The translations under genes were made by a program, and so were the position numbers. From positions 253-64,252 of IMG/VR virus record IMGVR_UViG_3300031162_001603: a stretch of 64,000 bases of DNA; one strand, given 5' to 3'. Below the pieces are notes generated by a model, which was not told the DNA's origin, searched no databases, and saw only the letters and a program-made list of their open reading frames with translations. This DNA is from a virus. Every line of letters starts with the position of its first letter. Positions within the stretch are counted from its first letter, which is position 1. Positions 54,567 through 61,743 of the stretch are shown here, piece by piece.

Positions 54567-57500
54567 ATGGCAGAAGAACAAGAAAATTTCAGCATATTTG
54601 GAGGCGTTAAAGACGCAATAAATAAGAATAAAAAAAGAACCCCAATTACAACCGACCCTGGTGTTGTGCAACATAGAGGTGGTGGAGATAATCTTATTCG
54701 CCCTGGAAGTAATATTGAAAATGTACAACAGCAATTTCTAGACTGGCAGGTTAATAAAATTGCACATGACCTTTATACAAGAACTATTTATTATGATACC
54801 GATAGGATAAATGCCTACCAGGATTTTAGAGCCATGGATATGTCTCCTGAAATCGCTGCTGCTCTTAATATTATGAGAGATGAATGTATCACTAGAGGAG
54901 ATAAGGGTAAGATACTTGATATTTTTTCAGAAAACTCAAGAGTTAAGGATTTGCTTGAAGATTTATTTTACAATAGACTTGATATAGATTTTGCATTAAA
55001 ACTTTGGATTAGAGATTTATTAAAATACGGAGATTTCTTCCTTCAATTACACATTGATAAAGATGAAGGTATTTATGACGTTATGGCTCTTCCTTCAGAG
55101 GAAATTCATAGAGAAGAAGGTTATGAGGGTAGGACTGATGATGTAAGGTTTAGATGGGAAACTACTGGAGATTATTTTGAAGATTGGCAAGTTGCTCACT
55201 TTAGATTATTAGAAGATACAAGAAAGCTTCCGTATGGACGTTCTATATTAGACCCAGCAAGAAAGCTTTGGAAACAACTACAGCTCGCTGAAGATTCAAT
55301 GCTTGTATATCGTATTACAAGAGCTCCAGAAAGAAGGGTATTCTATATTGATGTTGGTAACTTAGAGCATGCTGATGTTGGACAATTCATCCAACAGTTC
55401 CAGATGCAACTTAAGAAACAACCTATTGTTGACCAGAAAACTGGTAACATAAATATGAAGTACAATCCAATGAACGTAACAGAGGATTATTTCATTCCAA
55501 TGAGAGCCGATAGGTCATCAAGAATTGAAACACTTCCAGGAGCATGTCTTGCACTTGATACAAAAATTGATTTACTTGATGGTAGAAGTCTTGAGCTTAA
55601 TGATATTATTAAAGAACATGAGGAAGGTAAAGAGTTGTGGAGTTATTCAATAAATCCAGATACAGGAAAAGTAGTTCCAGGAAAAATAACTTGGGCTGGA
55701 GTTACAAGGAAAGACGCAAAGGTTGTTAAAATTACCTTGGATAATGGAGAAACTATAACTACAACTCCTGACCATAAGTTTCCAACTAGATTTAATGGAA
55801 TTAAAGAAGCAAAAGACCTTGTTGAAGGGGAGTCTATGTGGGCTTTTAACAAAAAGTTTGAGAAAATTAAAGGAGCAGGTAAAAAGAGAAAGAGAAACAC
55901 TTATGAGATGATATATGACCATTCAGAAAATAAATGGTTATATACTCATAGAATTATCGCAAATTATTTTAGAGACTTAAACTTACATGAGGAATTTGTT
56001 CATTTAAAAGAAGCTAGAGAAGAATTGAAAAACACTATTCATCATAAAAATTTTAATAGATATGATAATAGTCCAGATAATCTATGTTTCATGAATTCAA
56101 GGGACCATTTTTATTATCATCAAGATAACATGAAAAGGTTAGAGGAATTTTTTGGTGTTGAAAAAGTTGAAGAATGGAAGGCTCTTAGGAGAGAGGGGAT
56201 AAAGGAATATTGGAATAATATATCTGAAGAAGAATTGAATAATAAAATAGAAATAGCAAAAATAAACTTCAAAAAAGGTTCAGATAAATTGCAAGAATTA
56301 CTTTTAGACCCAGAATACAAAAAGGAGTTTTACAAAAAAACCAGCAAAACTCTTAAAATAGTTAGAGGGACAGATAAGGCAAGAAACAAGCAAAGTGAAA
56401 TTACTAAAGAGCAATGGAAAGGTGAAGGTTTAAGAAATGCTATAATTGAGAAACAAACAATTAAGTATTCTGATAAAATGCTTCAATTTGTATCAAATAG
56501 ATTTAAAGATGGAATGTCGGCTGGAGAAATATTGATAGATATAAATTCAGAAAACTCTTTATTTATGTCTGAATTTGATTCTTTGAATAAAGGAAATGCT
56601 CAACTTAAAAAGATGAAAAATGGGTTTACTCATAATAACCTTGTTAAGATGATGAAATCATTTGGATATTCTAACTGGAGTGACTTCAAAAATAAAGCTG
56701 AATATTTTAATCATAAAATAGTTTCTGTAGAATTTTTATCAGACACTCAGGACACTGGAACCATTACAATTGATGGCAATGAAATGTATCATGATTATCA
56801 CAATTTTGCCCTTTCAGTTGGTGTGTTTACAAACAATTCTAATCTAGGTGATATTCAGGATATAGAGTACTTCCAGAATAAATTATTTGCTTCACTTCAA
56901 GTTCCTAAGAATTATTTAAACTACGGTGAGAGTCTTCCAGGGGGTTCAACATTATCGCAACAAGACCTTAGGTTCTCAAGAACTATTAACACAATACAAC
57001 AAGCAGTTCTTGCTGAGCTTAAAAGAATAGCAAACATTCATCTTTACTTCAATGGATTTAAAGATGAGATAGATAACTTTACGCTTACGCTTGCAAATCC
57101 ATCTACACAACAAGAATTGTTGAAGTTGGAAACAATGAAAGCACGTATTGAGGTATTTAAGGAAATGTTCTCTGCGGAGGCAACATCTCCAGTATCTTAT
57201 GTTTGGGCAATGGAAAATATTCTTGGTTTCTCTAAAAATGAAATTAAACTTATTCTTAAACAGAAAAAAGTTGAGAAGAAAATATTTGCTGAAATTGACT
57301 CATCTATTGAAATGTACAAGAAAATTGGACTTTTCAAAGAACTTGATGAGAAGTTTGAGATTGAAGGTGCTGAAGAAATGATGGCAGCTGAACAAGGCGG
57401 TGAAGAAGGTGGAGATGAAGGTGGTGACATGGGCGGAGGCGGAGGCGGCTTCGGTGGTGGAATGGACATGGGTGGAGACCTTGATATGGGAGGTGAAGAC

Positions 57501-57890
57501 TTTGGAGAAGAAGGTGGAGAAGAAGCGCCAGCTGAAGAGGCTCCTCTTGCAGAAAACAAATTCAACAAAGCTATGAACATATCTGATAGGTATACTTCTG
57601 GTTTAATTAACGAGTTGCTAGGGGCAGATGAGTCTCCTAAAAAGAATAATATTGAAGATAATGCCTTAATAAAAAGAGGGAGTCAGATGAGGCTTGAATC
57701 TGAGAAGCTAATGAAGAGGATGAATAATAGCGACATTATCAATAGAGGGGTTGGAAAATCTGTAATTCAAGAAGAAGTTAAAAAAACTAGCTCATTAATT
57801 CAAGGTTCAGAAAAACTTGGTCAAGATAGTGATAGTTTAATGAGTGAAGTTGAGAAATATTTAAGAACTAGAAAGAAAGGCGATGTTTGA
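54567..57890 (+). CDS. Portal protein (gp20-like) containing an intein
   Basis: YGRSILDPARK.WKQL.LAEDSMLVYRITRAPERRVFYIDVGN, EDYFIP, IETLPG, DIEYFQNKLF..L.VP. Confidence 0.95.
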   Translation: MAEEQENFSIFGGVKDAINKNKKRTPITTDPGVVQHRGGGDNLIRPGSNIENVQQQFLDWQVNKIAHDLYTRTIYYDTDRINAYQDFRAMDMSPEIAAALNIMRDECITRGDKGKILDIFSENSRVKDLLEDLFYNRLDIDFALKLWIRDLLKYGDFFLQLHIDKDEGIYDVMALPSEEIHREEGYEGRTDDVRFRWETTGDYFEDWQVAHFRLLEDTRKLPYGRSILDPARKLWKQLQLAEDSMLVYRITRAPERRVFYIDVGNLEHADVGQFIQQFQMQLKKQPIVDQKTGNINMKYNPMNVTEDYFIPMRADRSSRIETLPGACLALDTKIDLLDGRSLELNDIIKEHEEGKELWSYSINPDTGKVVPGKITWAGVTRKDAKVVKITLDNGETITTTPDHKFPTRFNGIKEAKDLVEGESMWAFNKKFEKIKGAGKKRKRNTYEMIYDHSENKWLYTHRIIANYFRDLNLHEEFVHLKEAREELKNTIHHKNFNRYDNSPDNLCFMNSRDHFYYHQDNMKRLEEFFGVEKVEEWKALRREGIKEYWNNISEEELNNKIEIAKINFKKGSDKLQELLLDPEYKKEFYKKTSKTLKIVRGTDKARNKQSEITKEQWKGEGLRNAIIEKQTIKYSDKMLQFVSNRFKDGMSAGEILIDINSENSLFMSEFDSLNKGNAQLKKMKNGFTHNNLVKMMKSFGYSNWSDFKNKAEYFNHKIVSVEFLSDTQDTGTITIDGNEMYHDYHNFALSVGVFTNNSNLGDIQDIEYFQNKLFASLQVPKNYLNYGESLPGGSTLSQQDLRFSRTINTIQQAVLAELKRIANIHLYFNGFKDEIDNFTLTLANPSTQQELLKLETMKARIEVFKEMFSAEATSPVSYVWAMENILGFSKNEIKLILKQKKVEKKIFAEIDSSIEMYKKIGLFKELDEKFEIEGAEEMMAAEQGGEEGGDEGGDMGGGGGGFGGGMDMGGDLDMGGEDFGEEGGEEAPAEEAPLAENKFNKAMNISDRYTSGLINELLGADESPKKNNIEDNALIKRGSQMRLESEKLMKRMNNSDIINRGVGKSVIQEEVKKTSSLIQGSEKLGQDSDSLMSEVEKYLRTRKKGDV
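55545..56837 (+). mobile_element. Contiguous 431-aa intein with HNH-type endonuclease in the portal gene
   Basis: TLPGA|CLALDT...TTPDHKF (block B)...HHKNFNRYDNSPDNL (HNH)...HNFALSVGVFTNN|SNLGD. Confidence 0.92.
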
Positions 57891-58134
57891 TAGAGACTAT
57901 TATGGTGGCTGGAACAAAAACGATGAGTATGGAGTTAGGGAGGATGTTTCAAATCTTCTTGACGAACTCGAAGGAGATTTTGATAAGAGATTGAAAAAGT
58001 TTTTTGGACCACAAAAAGTAAAAAGCGCTGCAGTAGATATCAGGCGTAGTTGTAGGATTATGATTGGAATTCTTGAAGGAATTAAAGGTAAAGTCCAAAA
58101 GACAAAAGAGGATTACGAAGGTGATTATTCTTAA
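57883..58134 (+). CDS. Small protein, possible histone H1-like (Hc1-type) nucleoid protein
   Basis: EGDFDK..KFFG..VKSAAVDIRRS resembles the Bacteroidota Hc1-like 'KFY.KGN.AAG.R.RK' pattern. Confidence 0.4.
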   Translation: MFDRDYYGGWNKNDEYGVREDVSNLLDELEGDFDKRLKKFFGPQKVKSAAVDIRRSCRIMIGILEGIKGKVQKTKEDYEGDYS

Positions 58135-58136
58135 AG

Positions 58137-58168
58137 AAAATCCACTCTAATTTAGAGTGGATTTTTTT
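58137..58168 (+). terminator. Intrinsic terminator
   Basis: aaaatccactcta-att-tagagtggatttt. Confidence 0.85.
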
Positions 58169-58171
58169 ATT

Positions 58172-58205
58172 TTTGAAACTTTATTATTAATTTATCGTAT
58201 ATTTG
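58172..58205 (+). promoter_or_regulatory. Bacteroidota sigma70-type promoter for dnaE-N
   Basis: TTTG (58172-75), 22-nt spacer, TATATTTG (58198-205). Confidence 0.6.
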
Positions 58206-58219
58206 TAAAAACAATTATA

Positions 58220-60475
58220 ATGTATATAGTATTCGATACCGAGACAACTGGAATGGCACTTAGTTTTAGTGCGCCAATAACAGATTTCAATAACTGGCCA
58301 AGAATGGTTCAGATAGCTTGGAAAGTATTTGATGCCAATGGCATAGAGACAGATTCGCAAAATTTAATAATAAAACCTAATGGCTATGTTATTCCAGATG
58401 AAGTTATAAAAATCCATAGAATTTCTAATGAAAGAGCAAAAGCTGAAGGGATACCTTTAAGGCAGGCTCTTGATTTGTTTTCAATAGCAGTTAAAAACAA
58501 TAAATATTTAATTGCACATAATATTACATTTGATGAGAATGTTGTTGGTTGTGAATTATTGAGAGAAGAGATGCACAATTACGTGCAAGATATTCAACAT
58601 ATTGATACAATGAAGTTGACTACAGAGTTTGTAGCAATTCCAAATGCAAGAGGTAGAAGTGGATTTAAGTACCCAAGTCAAACAGAGCTTCATACTAAAT
58701 TATTTGATAAAGGATTTGAGGATGCGCATGATGCACTTGCAGATGTTACAGCTCTTTCTAAGTGTTTCTTCGAACTTCAAAGAAGGAATATTCTTGGGTT
58801 TAAAGAAAAAGAGGAAATTGTTACTACAGAATCTCTCTCAGACTTTGCGCAAGAAAATCCAGCAGAAATAAATACAGAATCTCTATCAGACTTCGTACAA
58901 GAAAAGTCAATAGAGATACAAGTACAAAAAAATCAAACAAATTTAGCTCCACTTGGACTTCATACGTTTCACTCAATACTTGATGGAGCTGGTTCAGTTG
59001 ATGTATATATAGATAAGGCTCAATCCTTAGGTCACACATCAATGGCAATAACAGATAATGCAACTTTATCTGGTACATTTGAATTCTTTCAGAAGTGTAA
59101 TAAAAAAGGTATTAAGCCAGTTTTTGGTATTGAAATATTCTTGAATGATAACATTGGGTTATTTGAAGAGAAAGCATTGGAGGGAGATAATTTTAAGGTA
59201 AAGATTTTCATTAAAGACAAAATAGGATATAGCAATCTTAATCACTTGTTGTATCTTGCAAATACAGAAGGTTACTTTAAAAAAGAGGGTAGGATAACTA
59301 CTGAGTGGCTTTTAAAGTATAAAGAAGGGCTTATCGTGTCTACTTCAGGATTGGATAGCAAATTAGCGAGTATGGCTCTTAGAGGGCGTGAAAAAGAAGC
59401 TGAGAACTATATAAACATGCTTAGGACTGAATTCGGAGAAGATTTGATAATAGAATTCAAATTTAGTAGATTCCCAACTCAAAAACAATACAATAATTTC
59501 CTTATTAAGATGATGAGGAAGTACAACATAATGCCTGTTGTTAGTAATGATACGTATTATCCAGAAAAAGATGATTCAATAATTCAAGATATAGTTACAT
59601 CAATAAAGCAACATAGGCCTATAGATAAATGTTTTCTTAAAGAGAATAGGGAGCTTTGGTATTTTGGTAGTGAAGATTATAGGACAATGAACGTTAGGCA
59701 TAACTTCAATTATCCAGATAATTTTCTTGAACTTTGTATGGCAAATACTTTAAAGGTTGCTGACAAGTGTAATTTTGAATTTGAAACAGGTGAGGAGAAG
59801 TATCCGAGATATGAGCCAACACAAGATATAGTTGATTATTTTAAGACTGATAAGCCAGATGAAATAATCGTAAAACTTGCATTTGCTAAGCTAAAGCAAA
59901 AGATAAATAAGTATAAAGAAAATGGCATAGTCAATATGACTGATGAAAAAGTTAAAGAATATGTTGACCGACTTAATTATGAGTTAAAAGTAATTGAATC
60001 AAAGAAGATGCTTGATTACTTTCTTGTAAACTGGGAGATAGTAAATTATTATAGAGGAACTGGTCATGACATCGGGCCTGCTAGGGGAAGCGCTGCTGGA
60101 AGTTTGCTCTCTTATTGCCTCGACATTACTAAAATTGACCCGATAAGGTTTGACCTTTATTTTGAGCGTTTTCTAAATCCAGAGAGAAATTGTCTAACAA
60201 CAAGTTGTAATGTTATGCTTAAAGATGGTTCTTATAAAAACATAGTTGATGTTGAAGTTGGTGACCCAGTTCAGACTGAACATGGACTTGGAACCCTGGT
60301 TCAGAAGCATGAAAGAGAATTGAAGGAGGGAGAAAATGTTTTTGAGATAGAAAGCGAAGATGGCGCAAAAATTCAATTAACAGGTTGTCATATTGTTCCT
60401 GTGTTTAGGGGTGGGGAAAGAATCGAGGTTCGTGTTGATGAAATTATAGAAACAGACCAATTGTTTGTATTTTAA
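58220..60475 (+). CDS. dnaE: DNA polymerase III alpha, N-terminal half (DEDDh exonuclease, PHP, start of palm) fused to N-intein
   Basis: FDTETTG/AHNITFD/HDALADV; HTFHSILDG..AITD; GPARGSAAGSLLSYCLDITKIDP..YFERFLNPERN|CLTT. Confidence 0.93.
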   Translation: MYIVFDTETTGMALSFSAPITDFNNWPRMVQIAWKVFDANGIETDSQNLIIKPNGYVIPDEVIKIHRISNERAKAEGIPLRQALDLFSIAVKNNKYLIAHNITFDENVVGCELLREEMHNYVQDIQHIDTMKLTTEFVAIPNARGRSGFKYPSQTELHTKLFDKGFEDAHDALADVTALSKCFFELQRRNILGFKEKEEIVTTESLSDFAQENPAEINTESLSDFVQEKSIEIQVQKNQTNLAPLGLHTFHSILDGAGSVDVYIDKAQSLGHTSMAITDNATLSGTFEFFQKCNKKGIKPVFGIEIFLNDNIGLFEEKALEGDNFKVKIFIKDKIGYSNLNHLLYLANTEGYFKKEGRITTEWLLKYKEGLIVSTSGLDSKLASMALRGREKEAENYINMLRTEFGEDLIIEFKFSRFPTQKQYNNFLIKMMRKYNIMPVVSNDTYYPEKDDSIIQDIVTSIKQHRPIDKCFLKENRELWYFGSEDYRTMNVRHNFNYPDNFLELCMANTLKVADKCNFEFETGEEKYPRYEPTQDIVDYFKTDKPDEIIVKLAFAKLKQKINKYKENGIVNMTDEKVKEYVDRLNYELKVIESKKMLDYFLVNWEIVNYYRGTGHDIGPARGSAAGSLLSYCLDITKIDPIRFDLYFERFLNPERNCLTTSCNVMLKDGSYKNIVDVEVGDPVQTEHGLGTLVQKHERELKEGENVFEIESEDGAKIQLTGCHIVPVFRGGERIEVRVDEIIETDQLFVF
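60191..60472 (+). mobile_element. Split intein N-fragment (94 aa)
   Basis: CLTTSCNVML block A, LTGCHIV block B (TxxH), then stop. Confidence 0.9.
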
Positions 60476-60514
60476 AAGTTTTTATCTATATTTATAGATA
60501 TAGATTTTATAGTT

Positions 60515-61594
60515 ATGAAAAAAGAAGAATTATTAAATATTGAATTTGATGGACAAAGCGATTTGATTGCTGGTTTGTGTGATTTTTTTGAATTTAAGAA
60601 AGCAAGCAATAGTGAGAAAGAAAATTGGCCATATAATAATAAGCTAATCGTTTCTATTGATAATATAATTGGAAAGGAGTTATATAATAGAGGAGAGTTT
60701 ATTGGAATTGTTGAAGATTGTTATTTTGGAAAAGGGCCAAGAGGGCATAGTGCTGTTTTAATCAAATCTAAAGAGCAGGAATATTCTTTGACAGAATCTA
60801 AAGTTAAAGTATATAATAAATTTTCGGAAGAAGAAGAGTTAATTGACCTACACCCATCAAGAAAGGGAGTTAAGTTTTGGTCAAATGGACACATATTATC
60901 TGAAAAACACTATAAGTCCCTTTACTATAAAACAAGGGAATATAGAAGTCAATATGAAAAAACTTTGAATGAAAACTTAGGAACAACTGGCCTAACTGCG
61001 CCAATACAATCAAAGCAGATTAAAGATAAGATTTCTAATACAATGGAGGATAGGTATGGTGTTAATTGGTTTTTAGAAAGAGGTAGTCATTATTCCGCTG
61101 TAACAATGACAATGCAAGATAAGTTTGGAGTAGATAATTTATTTTATTCATATGAATGGCAATTACAGAATTCTAAAAATGTAAATAAAAATCTTGGAGA
61201 ATCTTCTAAATTAGAAAGAGAGATTATATCAGAATTAGAAGAGGTAGGGTTAAGTAAGTCTTTTCATTATAATTCTGATAGTGGTCAAAAAATAATAGTT
61301 GTAAATAAAAGAAAGTTCTACAAGCTTGATTATTATAATGAAGAAAGTAATGTGGTTATTGAGATAATGGGAGACTATTGGCATTGTAATCCAAATATTT
61401 ATAGTCATGATTTTTATCATAAAAATAAGAAAAAATTAGCCTCAAAAATTTGGATAGATGATAGAAAAAGGAAAAATGAAATAATTAATATCATTAATTG
61501 TAGTTATATAGAGGTATGGGAGAGTGATTGGAAAAACAATAAGGAAAATGTGTTAAAATATATAAAAAGTCAAATAGAAGCAAATAAATTATGA
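60515..61594 (+). CDS. Free-standing Vsr/DUF559-like homing endonuclease between the split dnaE halves
   Basis: RYGVNW/KFGVDN repeats, LDYYNEESNVVIEIMGDYWHCNP, IWIDDRKR, IEVWESDW; late motif at 60491. Confidence 0.8.
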   Translation: MKKEELLNIEFDGQSDLIAGLCDFFEFKKASNSEKENWPYNNKLIVSIDNIIGKELYNRGEFIGIVEDCYFGKGPRGHSAVLIKSKEQEYSLTESKVKVYNKFSEEEELIDLHPSRKGVKFWSNGHILSEKHYKSLYYKTREYRSQYEKTLNENLGTTGLTAPIQSKQIKDKISNTMEDRYGVNWFLERGSHYSAVTMTMQDKFGVDNLFYSYEWQLQNSKNVNKNLGESSKLEREIISELEEVGLSKSFHYNSDSGQKIIVVNKRKFYKLDYYNEESNVVIEIMGDYWHCNPNIYSHDFYHKNKKKLASKIWIDDRKRKNEIINIINCSYIEVWESDWKNNKENVLKYIKSQIEANKL

Positions 61595-61743
61595 AGCTAT
61601 CAAAAATTAAATCAATAAATAAAATTGAATACAACAATAGAGTTTATGACCTATCTTTTGATAAAGATAATCTTTTCTTCTGCTCAAGTAATTCTTTAGA
61701 TAAATGCTGTAACTCATTGATTTCCAGTGTTTTAATACACAAT
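61591..61743 (+). mobile_element. Split intein C-fragment (51 aa)
   Basis: MKLSKIKSI...RVYDLSFD..NLFF...VLIHN|S. Confidence 0.9.

Noticed and set aside
57197-57580. Pro/Ser-rich antisense ORF
   Set aside because: Shadow of the Gly/Glu-rich portal C-terminal tail
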